Assembly: GCA_031403195.1 (NCBI GenBank)
Contig: JANNSZ010000033.1
Span: 68,525 to 132,524, forward strand
Length of the DNA: 64,000 nt
Source of the DNA: Planctomycetota bacterium
GTDB taxonomy: Bacteria; Planctomycetota; Planctomycetia; Pirellulales; UBA1268
Reading direction: 5' to 3'
Shown: positions 37,212 through 46,494 of the stretch, in pieces
How the letters are laid out: each line of letters starts with the position of its first letter
Numbering within the stretch: the first letter of the stretch is position 1
The notes under the pieces: model-generated
Told to the model about the DNA's origin: nothing
The model's database searches: none
Seen by the model: only the letters and a program-made list of their open reading frames with translations
Translations under genes and position numbers: made by a program

Positions 37212-38240
37212 ATGCGGATCGTTCTCTGTTATCCCGTCGAGCCCTGCCACATCTCGGAGATCGCGTCTGTCGCGCCGGACGCCGAGATCGTAGACGCGGG
37301 CCAAGACCATGTTGCGAGCGAGTTGCCAACCGCCGACATCTTCTGCGGCCACCCCAAGGTGCCAGTCCCGTGGCACGATGTCGTCAGGAAGGGTCGCCTG
37401 CGATGGATTCAGTCGTCGGCCGCGGGGCTCGATCACTGCCTCGTGCCCGTGGTCATCGACTCAGGCATTATGGTCACGAGTGCCTCGGGCGTGCTCGCCG
37501 ACCAGGTATCCGAGCATGCTCTTGGTCTGGCGATCGCATGCACGCGTCGCCTGCCGCTCTTTCTCGATCAGCAGGCCAGGCGTGAGTTCGTGCGCCGTCC
37601 CACGCGGGATCTCACGGGGGCCACTGTGGCAATCATTGGCCTGGGCGGTGTAGGCCGGCGGCTCGCCAACGTGCTCGCCCCATTTCGCGTTCGGATTCTT
37701 GCTACCGATTGGTTTCCGATTCGGCGGCCCGCGGGCGTCGAGTTTCTCGGGCCTCCTGCGGCGCTTCCCGATGTGCTCGCTCAAGCCGACATTGTGTTTC
37801 TCTGTGCGCCGCTCACCGACCACACCCGCGGCATGATCGATGCTGCGGCCTTGGCTCGGATGAAACCTGGGGCAATTCTGATCAACGTGGCGCGGGGGGG
37901 CCTTGTGGACGCCGTGGCGCTCGCGGCTGCCCTCGAGAGCGGCCATCTCGACTCGGCTGCCCTCGATGTGACGCCTGAGGAGCCGCCGGATCCCTCGAGT
38001 CCGCTGTGGACGGCTCCCAGGCTCATCATCACGCCCCACGTCGCGGGTCAGAGTGGCCGCCGAATTGATGCGATGACCGGGTTTTTCTGCGACAATCTGC
38101 AAAGGTATGTTCGAGGGGAGTCGCTGCGGAACCTGGTCGATAAGCGTCTCGGATTTCCCGAGCCGCCCGTCGACTCCGCCCCGGCATCAATCCATGTCTC
38201 TCCGATGCCCGCTGCCCCTGGCAAGAACGGTCCGCGATGA
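37212..38240 (+). CDS. D-isomer-specific 2-hydroxyacid dehydrogenase (NAD-binding)
   Basis: Internal ATG at 37212. NAD motif VAIIGLGGVGRRLA. Catalytic-region pattern LINVARGGLVD...ALDVT..EP...PLW...ITPHVAG. Confidence 0.85.
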   Translation: MRIVLCYPVEPCHISEIASVAPDAEIVDAGQDHVASELPTADIFCGHPKVPVPWHDVVRKGRLRWIQSSAAGLDHCLVPVVIDSGIMVTSASGVLADQVSEHALGLAIACTRRLPLFLDQQARREFVRRPTRDLTGATVAIIGLGGVGRRLANVLAPFRVRILATDWFPIRRPAGVEFLGPPAALPDVLAQADIVFLCAPLTDHTRGMIDAAALARMKPGAILINVARGGLVDAVALAAALESGHLDSAALDVTPEEPPDPSSPLWTAPRLIITPHVAGQSGRRIDAMTGFFCDNLQRYVRGESLRNLVDKRLGFPEPPVDSAPASIHVSPMPAAPGKNGPR

Positions 38241-39343
38241 TGAGTACAACGATTCTACGGGAGGAGCGACCCACGATCCCGTCCGCGGGTGACGTGGGGA
38301 CGAACTGCCCGGAGGAACTGCTTGCCAGGTACACCGAAATTCTCGGTTCAGGGAAGCTCCATTGGACGGAGTACCACACGCTCTCGCGCCGGCTGGGCGC
38401 CGGAGGGCAGGGGGTTGTCTACCTGACCACCCGCCGAGGCACCGGCAACTTCACCCTTCCGGTGGCGCTCAAGGTCTTTTCGCCTGAGCGGTATGAGACC
38501 GAGCGGCACTACATGGAGGCAATGGATCGGATCGCCTCGGTAGCTGCCCGAGTGGCCCAAATCCAGCAGGACAATCTTCTCGATGTGCAGAATTTCGTCG
38601 AGCAGGGGCGGATTCGCATCATGGAAATGGAGTGGATCGACGGATACGACCTTTCCTGTCTCCTCGCCCCCGAGCTTCTCTCGCAGACCCGGGCGAGTGT
38701 TGCCGACGACCGCTGGGCATATCTCAACAACGTCTGCGTGACTGAAGGACCGAAGCAGTCGAGGTTGCAGCCGGGCGTGGCGATCGCCATCGTTCGGGAA
38801 TGCCTTGCGGCGCTTGCCGCGCTGCACCGCGAAGGAATCGTGCATGCAGACGTGAAGACCTCCAACATCATGGTGAAGCGGACGGGCAACGCAAAGATCA
38901 TCGACATCGGCTCGGCCCACGCGGTCGATGACCTGCCGCCGTCCCGCACCTGCACGCCCGCGTACGCTGCTCCGGAAGTGCTCGAAGGTCGCGACAACAC
39001 GCCGCGAAGCGATCTCGCGAGCCTCGGATATGTGCTAGTCGAGATGCTTTCCGGACAGCCCGCGTTCGCGGGACTCAAGTCATTTCGTGACCTCCTCGAG
39101 GCGAAGCGATCGCTCGTTCATCGGCTTCCCCAGCTCCTCCCGTCGGATGTCAGTTGCAACGAACTGCTCATGGACTTCTGTCGCGGCCTCATCGCCCCCG
39201 ATCCAGCCAAGCGGTTCCCCAGCGCCGAGGATGCCGATCACATGAAGGGAGGCGCCGCGAGCTTCCATCGCCAGCTCATCGTGGGCGGCCTCGCCAGCGA
39301 ATACGAAAACGAGCTCCGCACCTGGCTCGATGAGCTGGCTTGA
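38237..39343 (+). CDS. Ser/Thr protein kinase-like protein (non-RD: HAD; DIG instead of DFG)
   Basis: ATGA overlap with the dehydrogenase gene. Motifs: G-loop LGAGGQGVVYL, VALKVF, IVHADVKTSNIMV, IIDIGSA, YAAPE. Confidence 0.8.
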   Translation: MMSTTILREERPTIPSAGDVGTNCPEELLARYTEILGSGKLHWTEYHTLSRRLGAGGQGVVYLTTRRGTGNFTLPVALKVFSPERYETERHYMEAMDRIASVAARVAQIQQDNLLDVQNFVEQGRIRIMEMEWIDGYDLSCLLAPELLSQTRASVADDRWAYLNNVCVTEGPKQSRLQPGVAIAIVRECLAALAALHREGIVHADVKTSNIMVKRTGNAKIIDIGSAHAVDDLPPSRTCTPAYAAPEVLEGRDNTPRSDLASLGYVLVEMLSGQPAFAGLKSFRDLLEAKRSLVHRLPQLLPSDVSCNELLMDFCRGLIAPDPAKRFPSAEDADHMKGGAASFHRQLIVGGLASEYENELRTWLDELA

Positions 39344-39403
39344 GCGCGGGCGAGGCCATCCTGGCCCTCGCCCGCTTGGCGAGGCAAAGGCCACGCCAAG
39401 GGT

Positions 39404-39471
39404 GGCCTTGCCTCGCGCGGCCGCCGTCCAGGCGGCCAGTCATGTGGTGAAGTGTGCGGGGTCGCCGTGGC
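39404..39471. repeat. 68-nt direct repeat, copy 1 (hairpin-rich convergent intergenic region)
   Basis: GGCCTTGCCTCGCGCGGCCGCCGTCCAGGCGGCCAGTCATGTGGTGAAGTGTGCGGGGTCGCCGTGGC recurs at 39537-39604 with 2 mismatches. Confidence 0.7.
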
Positions 39472-39536
39472 TCCAGCCATGGCGACCGTAAGCCAGCGCC
39501 GACGCCGGGACGGCGGCGATGGCGCGACATTCTCCC

Positions 39537-39604
39537 GGCCTTGCCTCGCGCTGCCGCCGTCCAGGCGGCCAGTCATGTGGCGAAGTGTGCGGGGTCGCCG
39601 TGGC
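39537..39604. repeat. 68-nt direct repeat, copy 2
   Basis: See copy 1. Period is 133 nt. Confidence 0.7.
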
Positions 39605-39608
39605 GGAT

Positions 39609-40448
39609 TTACTTCAAGCGGCGATAGATGCGATGCATGATCGCGGTCGTGGCACGCGGGGCGAGCCGCTTGAGTCGCCAGAGCCAGCGGGCCTGAGTGC
39701 CCACGACAACGTAGCGGCGGTTGCGGTGCATGGCCGTGAGGACACGGTCGGCCACCCGCTCGCTCGTCCAGCGTGCGGCCGCCATACGTCGCTCTGCCTC
39801 CCGCCGCTCGACGCCGCTCATGAAATGCCACGAGCCGAGAAGTCCGGAGCGGAAGAAGCCGGGGCAAACAATCGTCACGCCCGGCCGACGGCCATCGCTC
39901 TCGGCAGCGATCGCCTCTGACAGCGCCACGACGCCGGCCTTGCTCGCCGCATAGGCCGCCATTGACGGCGGCGACAGAATTGCGGCAATCGAGGCAACAT
40001 TCACCAGATGCGATCGTGTGGCCGTCCGGAGCCAGGGAAGAAACGTCTCGCAGCCGATCGCTGTTCCCAGAAGATTCGTGTCGAGAATCCGACGCCATTG
40101 CTCGACCGGAAGCGTTCCGACTTCTCCCGTAGCGCCGACGCCAGCGGCGTTGACCAGGAGTCCTAGCGACTGCCACTCGGCCCGCAGCCGATCGTGGAGC
40201 TGCCGCCAGAACTGGGCCTCGCGCACATCGCCATGGATCGCGCTCACCGATGGCGGCCACGAGCGCCCTGCGAAAGCCGACTCGATGTCAACGGCGGCGA
40301 CCTTCCATCCCGCTGCGGCGAGCCGCTCGGTGAGCGCCCGCCCGAGGCCACTGGCGGCGCCGGTGATCACGGCCGTTGCGGGAACGTCCACGGAATTCAG
40401 CGATGACCCGGCGAAAAACGTCCAGAAAAGCCACACGGAATGTGGCAT
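39609..40448 (-). CDS. short-chain dehydrogenase/reductase (SDR)
   Basis: TGAASGLG cofactor motif (VITGAASGLGRAL), NAAG, and the YAASK catalytic motif (AAYAASKAG). Confidence 0.88.
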   Translation of the reverse strand: MPHSVWLFWTFFAGSSLNSVDVPATAVITGAASGLGRALTERLAAAGWKVAAVDIESAFAGRSWPPSVSAIHGDVREAQFWRQLHDRLRAEWQSLGLLVNAAGVGATGEVGTLPVEQWRRILDTNLLGTAIGCETFLPWLRTATRSHLVNVASIAAILSPPSMAAYAASKAGVVALSEAIAAESDGRRPGVTIVCPGFFRSGLLGSWHFMSGVERREAERRMAAARWTSERVADRVLTAMHRNRRYVVVGTQARWLWRLKRLAPRATTAIMHRIYRRLK

Positions 40449-40463
40449 GGCGGCGGTGGAAAG

Positions 40464-40537
40464 CGAGGGTGACGGGACTCGAACCCGCGGCCTCCAACGT
40501 GACAGGCTGGCGCTCTAACCAACTGAGCTACACCCCC
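40464..40537 (-). tRNA. tRNA-Asp (anticodon GUC)
   Basis: Reverse complement reads GGGGGTG TA GCTC AGTTGGTTA GAGC G CCAGC CTGTCAC GTTGG AGGCC GCGGG TTCGAGT CCCGT CACCCTC G. The anticodon is plus-strand GAC at 40501-40503. CCA is not encoded. Confidence 0.9.
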
Positions 40538-40618
40538 GTGCGCCGGCGGGTGCCGGCCCCGGGTGATCCACCGCAGCCAAACGGAGTATACCGCCGCAGT
40601 CGCCGGCGCGAAGCGGCA

Positions 40619-41566
40619 TCACAGGATACCGCGGCTCGGGTCGAAGCCCTTCTTTTCCGCGGTGGCTAGGTCCTGATCGGCTTGGCGGTCCAGGCCGATG
40701 GCGCGACAGGCAAGCCCGCGGTGGTGATGCATCACGGCTAGGGCATGGTCGGCCGTCCGAAGTCGGTAGGCCAGTTCATCGGCATCCACATGGCCGGACA
40801 GCATGAGGAGTCGCCGTCGATCGTCCTGCGCCGATGCGATGGCCGAGTTGAGGTCATCCACAGCTTCTTGGTGGCGGCCGAGGAGGTGCAGAATGTAGCC
40901 CCGGGTATCGAGAAACTCCGGACTCGGTCCCACAGGGCCAGCCAGGGCACGTTCGATGTCGGCGAGCGCCGCCGGGAGGTCACGTCCGAGGATCGCTCTG
41001 AAATACGCGCGGTGATTCAGTGACTCCGGGTCGTCGCCGCCGGCGAGTTTCACAGCCGTCTCGGTGGCGGCCAGGGCGTCGTCTGGATTGCCGAGGACCA
41101 CGAGTGCCAACGCCCTGACCCGGTGTGGCTGCGTGTCGTTCGGGGCGAAAGAAGCGGCCCGGTCGGCGTCTTCGAGGCCGCCGGCAGCATCGCGGTTTTG
41201 GATCCGAAGGAGCGCCCTCCAGCACAGCATTCGGCCATGAGGCAGGGCTGCGGCGTCTGATCGATCGCACCACGAGATCGCGCGGGTCATGTCGGCGATT
41301 GCAGCGTCGAGGGCTCCACGACCCTCTGCCGCGATCGCCCTCTCGAGTGACCAGCGAACGACAGTTTCTTGGATCACGGGGAGGACCGCAGGACCGACCA
41401 CCGTCGCCCCGGCAATACCCAGGAACACGATCGCGATGAAGCCTCGCTTCAATGGGCCGACTGCGGCTTTTCGGGCGGGTTCCTGCTGCGGGGGGTCGAG
41501 CCCACGTTCGCGGTCGCGTCGATCGAAGTCTGGGGGTATCGGAAAGCCGAGGCTGTCGTACCGCAT
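40619..41566 (-). CDS. TPR-repeat membrane-anchored protein
   Basis: Internal ATG at 41566 (MRYDSLGFPIPP...). TM is FIAIVFLGIAGATVVGPAVL, followed by TPR-like repeats. Confidence 0.68.
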   Translation of the reverse strand: MRYDSLGFPIPPDFDRRDRERGLDPPQQEPARKAAVGPLKRGFIAIVFLGIAGATVVGPAVLPVIQETVVRWSLERAIAAEGRGALDAAIADMTRAISWCDRSDAAALPHGRMLCWRALLRIQNRDAAGGLEDADRAASFAPNDTQPHRVRALALVVLGNPDDALAATETAVKLAGGDDPESLNHRAYFRAILGRDLPAALADIERALAGPVGPSPEFLDTRGYILHLLGRHQEAVDDLNSAIASAQDDRRRLLMLSGHVDADELAYRLRTADHALAVMHHHRGLACRAIGLDRQADQDLATAEKKGFDPSRGIL

Positions 41567-41705
41567 GATGATTCCGCCTGCGCCACTGGTATCCAGTTCC
41601 AACAGTTTACGCTCCCGGCCTCGCAGGGCCACGTCGCCCAGCGCAGGTTTGACGGCATTCGTCTGGTCCCGTAGCCTGCGGCCAACCCGGTGAGGAGGTG
41701 CCGCC

Positions 41706-42032
41706 ATGCCACTGTATGAGATCGAGACCAGCGCCCACATCATTATCTCATGGGCTCCCGACGAGGCGGCCGCTGGCGCGGTCGTTCAGGACGCATATCC
41801 GGGAGAGGAGATTGTGCGACTGACCCGCCGCCCACGGGATACATGGGTCATTTCAAAGTCGGCGCTCGGCCTCACCGACTCGCGGGTCAATCTGTGCCAC
41901 ACCGCCCGCGAATGTTTGTCGAAGGCGGCGGGCGACAAGGTGCACGCCATCCGGCTCTACATGCACGAGACGGGTGACGATCTCGATCGGGCGCGCAAGG
42001 TCATCGAGTCGAACATGGTGATGGGCTGGTAG
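41706..42032 (+). CDS. small hypothetical protein with ribosomal L7/L12-CTD-like C-terminal motif
   Basis: 108-aa ORF with globular-looking sequence. The C-terminal KVHAIRLYMHETGDDLDRARKVIE follows the pattern K[IV]xxI[KR]...TGxxLxxA[KR]xx[IV]E. Confidence 0.5.
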   Translation: MPLYEIETSAHIIISWAPDEAAAGAVVQDAYPGEEIVRLTRRPRDTWVISKSALGLTDSRVNLCHTARECLSKAAGDKVHAIRLYMHETGDDLDRARKVIESNMVMGW

Positions 42033-43236
42033 GAGCCACTTTTGGGCGACGACCGGTCCTGGGACAGGCTCTCACCCGGAGCGTGAGAAGGATGCCGCCG
42101 GCAATCCTCGCGGCGGCGGCCATCCATGTGGCTTCGATGGCTCGTGGTTCGTCGTGCAAAACGAGCGTCACGAGTTGATTGGGTGTGCCCAGCCCGCCAT
42201 TGTCGGCCACGCCCACAAGCAGTCGGCTACCGTGGGCCACCACTGGCCCGATGCAGAGCCCTTCGAGGTTCCATCCCAGTGCGTTCTGCCAGAGGAGTGT
42301 CTTCGCGACATGCAGATCGGCACGCCCAGCGAGACCACCGGCGATGCCAGCCACGTCAGGTGCGTTCATCACGTCGACGAGATAGGCACGGCTCTCGAAG
42401 ATAGGCATGCCGGGGCCCCAGGATCGTTCGAGGACAAGGCATCTGCCATGCCCCAGGGCCACTACAGCGACAACCCCTGAAAGGGCGTCGCCTTTGGCAA
42501 CGCGAACGAATCGATGGGGCGGGTCGACGGCATAGGCGAATTGCGTGGTGCGGCCCGCGGCGGCCGCGGAATCATTCGAGACCTCGATCCGCGTGAGCCG
42601 AACCACCGTGCCTTCCTGGTCGGTGGGAGGGGGGCCGTCGGCGGGCAGCCCCTCCTCGGTGGCCGACCAGACAGCCCTCCCGTTTGGTTCAACGGATAGC
42701 GCCTCAAGGCCACGATTGGGTCGATGTGATTCCAAGGTCGAAGGCACGGCCACCTCGCCGAGGAGCCTTCCCGAGTCGATATCGACCACGTGGATCGCGG
42801 GCGTTGCCTCCTCGCACACGAGGAGGCATTCCCGCGGCCGTCGCGAGCCGTCGCGAGCGAGCCTCCGGGAGAGCCTGTCCGGGCAGGGTGCAACATCCTC
42901 GTAGTCGAGGACGCGGCCAAGCACCACAAGTCGAACATCATGCACGGCCGTGGGCACGCCGTCGGGCTCGTGCTTGATCCTCAACAGCATCAGGCAGTCG
43001 CTGTTGTCCATGATCGCGGCGTAGCGATCATCGCCGAGCCACGTAATTCCGCTCAGGCCGGTGATGGTCTGCGGGCTGCCATCAGGCCTGGGAGCCTGGT
43101 CGGGCAGCACGAACCGGCCGGCCATCGATACTCGTGGCACGAGCCGGTTGGACGGAGCGCCTGCAGTTGCCAGGGGCGACCAGACGCCACTCGCCAGCAG
43201 GGCAACATGCACGGCCCACGAGAGGCATGGTTTCAT
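42001..43236 (-). CDS. secreted esterase-like-activity-of-phytase family protein (beta-propeller-like)
   Basis: Signal peptide MKPCLSWAVHVALLASGVWSPLATA. The pattern LSGITWLGDDRYAAIMDNS...NRGLEALSVEPNG...WSATEEGL resembles the Phytase-like (PF13449) family, recalled from memory. Confidence 0.6.
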   Translation of the reverse strand: MKPCLSWAVHVALLASGVWSPLATAGAPSNRLVPRVSMAGRFVLPDQAPRPDGSPQTITGLSGITWLGDDRYAAIMDNSDCLMLLRIKHEPDGVPTAVHDVRLVVLGRVLDYEDVAPCPDRLSRRLARDGSRRPRECLLVCEEATPAIHVVDIDSGRLLGEVAVPSTLESHRPNRGLEALSVEPNGRAVWSATEEGLPADGPPPTDQEGTVVRLTRIEVSNDSAAAAGRTTQFAYAVDPPHRFVRVAKGDALSGVVAVVALGHGRCLVLERSWGPGMPIFESRAYLVDVMNAPDVAGIAGGLAGRADLHVAKTLLWQNALGWNLEGLCIGPVVAHGSRLLVGVADNGGLGTPNQLVTLVLHDEPRAIEATWMAAAARIAGGILLTLRVRACPRTGRRPKVAPTSPSPCSTR

Positions 43237-43266
43237 GCCCTCGAATGTAGCTCCGGCCGCGCGGGA

Positions 43267-44244
43267 TCAGGGGAGGGGAGAAACCGGTTCGGCCGGGACT
43301 GCATTGAACGATGCCGGACGCACAGGGCTCACCTCGTCGTCACCGGCCAAGAGGGCTCTCGTGGGGCGATAGCTCGAGGTTCCCCCAGGGCGGTATCCAG
43401 GGTCAGGTCGGCGGGTCGGCGGTGGGATCGCGCCGGGGAGTGATCCATCGGCCGGCGCCGAAAGCGGTGTGATCGGTGCGACTGGCGGCGCCATCGGGGG
43501 CGGGCTGACAGGCTCGGCTGGTGCTGGCGACCACTGTGGCTGTGGATTTGCTGGAGGCGGCATCGCGCCCCCACCAAACCTGCTGGTCGTGGCCGTGCCG
43601 TATCGGGAGTCGGCCGATGGTGGCGCCGGGAGGGCCGTGGCAGTCGGGGTCGACAGAGCAGGGGCCGCTGCGGGTGGGCTGCCCCAAGCCCCGCCGCGGG
43701 CATCCGCAAAACGCTCGCCCGCGGGCGGCGTCATGGATCCTGGGGGAGCGGCTGCGCCACCAAACCCTGGGGCCGCCGCCAAGCCGGCGGTCGCTGCGGC
43801 GGCCGGATCGGACCGGGGCATCGGCTGAACAGACGGTGATTGCTGAGTCGGAGCATACGGCCCAACCTGCGTGGAAACGCCGGGCGTTGTTTGCGGCGAC
43901 GCGGCTGCGGCCGTCGACGCTGCCGCCGGGGTCGATCCATAGGTCACTGCAGGAGGCGTGGTTCCGCTGCTTGTCGTATCGGCGCGGGTCGCCTCCGAGA
44001 GGGCATAGCCAGTTGGTGTGCCAGTGGTCGGATAGGGCTTGGCAGTCTCGGACGGCTTGGCAATGCCCTTGTCAAACGACGGCGCCGAAGTGAGGGCTGC
44101 CGTCGTGGACGAGCCACCGAGCCACGTGGGCCTGGATGACCACGAGCTCGACTTGCATCCGCCGGCCACCGCCACGAGAAGAGCAGGAATCATGAGGGCT
44201 CGAAAGCCTGCGAATTCCTGCCGCCTCTGCCAGACCCTGACCAT
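43267..44244 (-). CDS. Pro/Ala/Thr-rich low-complexity lipoprotein
   Basis: Lipobox LLVAVAGGC lies after Met 44244 (or 44193). The rest is P/A/T/S-rich low complexity. Frame choice is supported mainly by the signal peptide. Confidence 0.5.
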   Translation of the reverse strand: MVRVWQRRQEFAGFRALMIPALLVAVAGGCKSSSWSSRPTWLGGSSTTAALTSAPSFDKGIAKPSETAKPYPTTGTPTGYALSEATRADTTSSGTTPPAVTYGSTPAAASTAAAASPQTTPGVSTQVGPYAPTQQSPSVQPMPRSDPAAAATAGLAAAPGFGGAAAPPGSMTPPAGERFADARGGAWGSPPAAAPALSTPTATALPAPPSADSRYGTATTSRFGGGAMPPPANPQPQWSPAPAEPVSPPPMAPPVAPITPLSAPADGSLPGAIPPPTRRPDPGYRPGGTSSYRPTRALLAGDDEVSPVRPASFNAVPAEPVSPLP

Positions 44245-44330
44245 GCGACTGCCTCCGCGCGAACCGGTAGAGCCGCGGTACTCTCCGCGGCAGCTCTGGG
44301 AATAAGAATCGGCCCCAGTCCGCGTCAATT

Positions 44331-44368
44331 GCAATGAAACAGGCCCGCATTTTTACGCGCGGGCCTGT
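44331..44368 (-). terminator. rho-independent-type terminator downstream of sod
   Basis: On the minus strand ACAGGCCCGC (44368-44359) pairs with GCGGGCCTGT (44348-44339). The stem is followed by TTTCATTGC. Confidence 0.5.
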
Positions 44369-44404
44369 CGGTCGAAGGTGAGGAAGACTGGGTGGGCGGG
44401 GCGG

Positions 44405-45019
44405 TTATTTTTTGGCCGCAGCGAACCGCTTTCCGACGGCGTCCCAGTCGATGACGTTGTAAAATGCGGCGACGTAGTCGGCCCGGCGATTCTGGTAGAG
44501 CAGGTAATACGCGTGCTCCCAGACATCGATGCCGATCAACGGCACGTTGCCGTGCATGATCGGGCTGTCCTGGTTGGCCGTGCTCTCGATGAGCAGCTTG
44601 CCCTGCGGATCAATCGCGAGCCAAGCCCAGCCGCTGCCGAATCGCTTCATCGCAGCATCACTGAACCCGGTCTTGAAGTTTTCGAAGCTACCGAAGATGC
44701 TCCGGACAGCCTCGCCGAGGTGACCGGCTGGCTCGCCACCCTTGCCCTTGCCAAGAGACTCCCAGAAGAGCGTATGGTTGGCGTGACCACCGCCGTTGTT
44801 GCGGACGGTCGTGCGGATCGCCTCGGGTACCTTCTCGAGGTCAGCGATCAGTTTCTCGACCGGCAGCGCCTCGAGGGCTGCGTGTCCTTCGAGCGCTTTG
44901 TTGACGTTCGTGACGTACGCGGCATGGTGCTTGTCGTGATGGATTTCCATCGTGCGGGCATCGATCCAAGGCTCCATCGCGTCGAACGCGTAGGGGAGGG
45001 GGGGAAGCGTGTAGGCCAT
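44405..45019 (-). CDS. sodA: Fe/Mn superoxide dismutase
   Basis: ATG at 45019. N-terminus [32 protein letters not shown]. Other motifs are [11 protein letters not shown] and [15 protein letters not shown]. Confidence 0.95.
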   Translation of the reverse strand: MAYTLPPLPYAFDAMEPWIDARTMEIHHDKHHAAYVTNVNKALEGHAALEALPVEKLIADLEKVPEAIRTTVRNNGGGHANHTLFWESLGKGKGGEPAGHLGEAVRSIFGSFENFKTGFSDAAMKRFGSGWAWLAIDPQGKLLIESTANQDSPIMHGNVPLIGIDVWEHAYYLLYQNRRADYVAAFYNVIDWDAVGKRFAAAKK

Positions 45020-45341
45020 AGCAAGGAGACTCCTGATCGAAAGTGGAACGGTAGACGATTCCTGTCGCGCTGCAGTCGGCAACTGGTTCTGCGGGATCGT
45101 AGCCTGATCCGGGCAGAGCGGCAAACGGCCGTCTGGAAAGCCGACCCTGCGGCTCGTGACGATTCTAGCGGCCGTACCCGGAGAACCGAACCTGCCGGAC
45201 ATACCCGCTCTCCCGTCCAGAGGCAGACCGCTGAATCCGACGGGGCCTCCGAGACGAACTCTCCAAGGCAGATTGACTGCGGTGCATGCTCCACGGCGCC
45301 GCTCGATCCGCGCGGGACGATGGATCGTTCCGGCCCCACGA

Positions 45342-46469
45342 ATGGATTCGAGTCGGACCATGGCCCTTGCCACCTCTGCGCGCCGCGACCAGCGCCGTCG
45401 CCTTGTGGCTTCCTGGAATCGTTCGGCTGTCCCCTCTGCGGTTGCCGACGAGGGAGGCCCGTCGGCCAGCCCCGTAACGGCCTACGACGACGATGCCCAT
45501 CCTGGATGTCATCCGGCCCTGGCGACACGGCTGCCGACTTCGCTCGGCGGCTTGATGCTGGCGGCGATTGTGGCCCTTGGTGGGATGGGAGGGGCGATCG
45601 CGTTAGCCGTTGCCGGCCCCCTCTTTGGACGGCCACTGTTTTCGGGGGAAGGTCGCTTTGCGGGCACGCTCGCCGTTCTCAAGCGGGTTGTGGACCCGAC
45701 ATCCCCGATGCCGCTGCACACGTGGCTCGCAGTGCTCTCGCTCCTCTTGGCTGCGGCCGTTGCTGGTTCGGTGAAGTTCATGCGGCGGCATCGTCGTGAT
45801 GACTACAAGGGCAGGTTCCGAGGCTGGGGCTGGGTGGCGACACTCCTGACGGTGGCCGCGTGGTCAGCCGCTGTGCCAGTCGGCCAGCTTGTCGCAGTGA
45901 TCATGGGCGAAGTCACCGGGATCACGCTCGGTCCAGGCGGCGTTGGCTGGTGGTACGCCCTCGTTGCTCTGGCCATGGTCGTGGTGCTGCCGTGGGCGAT
46001 TCTTCCACTCCGGCAGCGGATGGGCACCGCATGCTGGGCCGTCGCCGCGATGCTCAGTTGGACGGCAGCCGCCGCCATGTCCTGGGCAGAGGGCTGGGTC
46101 GGCGGCTCTGGCAGAGCAGCGGTCATTGCCAGTGCCGCATGGGCTGGCGGGGCTTCGCTCCTGCTGGTCGCGCTCCTCACGGCGGCACGCGGGGTCATCC
46201 GCGAGGTTCGGGGTGAGGTGTTGGCCAAGCAGCCAAAACGTGCTCGTCGGGAGCAAAAAAGCCAGGCACGAGCAACCCAGGCCGCGGAGCCTCGCGACGA
46301 GAGTTTTGACGAATCGTCTGATGACGACGAGGCGGCCTACGAGCCGGAGAATGACGAAACGGAGCCGCTCGATTTCACTGATGGCTCGGAGGGTGGGGAG
46401 CGCCGACTGTCGAAGGCGGAGCGGAAGCGGCTCAAAAAACTCGCGCGGATGAACGGTCACGCGGCATAA
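45342..46469 (+). CDS. polytopic membrane protein with highly charged C-terminal tail; start uncertain
   Basis: At least 6 hydrophobic segments. Acidic/basic tail [27 protein letters not shown]...[16 protein letters not shown] track gives 45156..46469; I chose the Met at 45342. Confidence 0.5.
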   Translation: MDSSRTMALATSARRDQRRRLVASWNRSAVPSAVADEGGPSASPVTAYDDDAHPGCHPALATRLPTSLGGLMLAAIVALGGMGGAIALAVAGPLFGRPLFSGEGRFAGTLAVLKRVVDPTSPMPLHTWLAVLSLLLAAAVAGSVKFMRRHRRDDYKGRFRGWGWVATLLTVAAWSAAVPVGQLVAVIMGEVTGITLGPGGVGWWYALVALAMVVVLPWAILPLRQRMGTACWAVAAMLSWTAAAAMSWAEGWVGGSGRAAVIASAAWAGGASLLLVALLTAARGVIREVRGEVLAKQPKRARREQKSQARATQAAEPRDESFDESSDDDEAAYEPENDETEPLDFTDGSEGGERRLSKAERKRLKKLARMNGHAA

Positions 46470-46494
46470 TACCGGGCCCAGGAGCCCGCGCCGC

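Noticed and set aside
39404-39604. The direct repeats here and at 53265-53558 were considered as a possible CRISPR array.
   Set aside because: Each has only two copies. Unit sizes (68 and 147 nt) and spacing do not fit the repeat-spacer architecture. One of them is a plain tandem duplication, and no cas genes are present.
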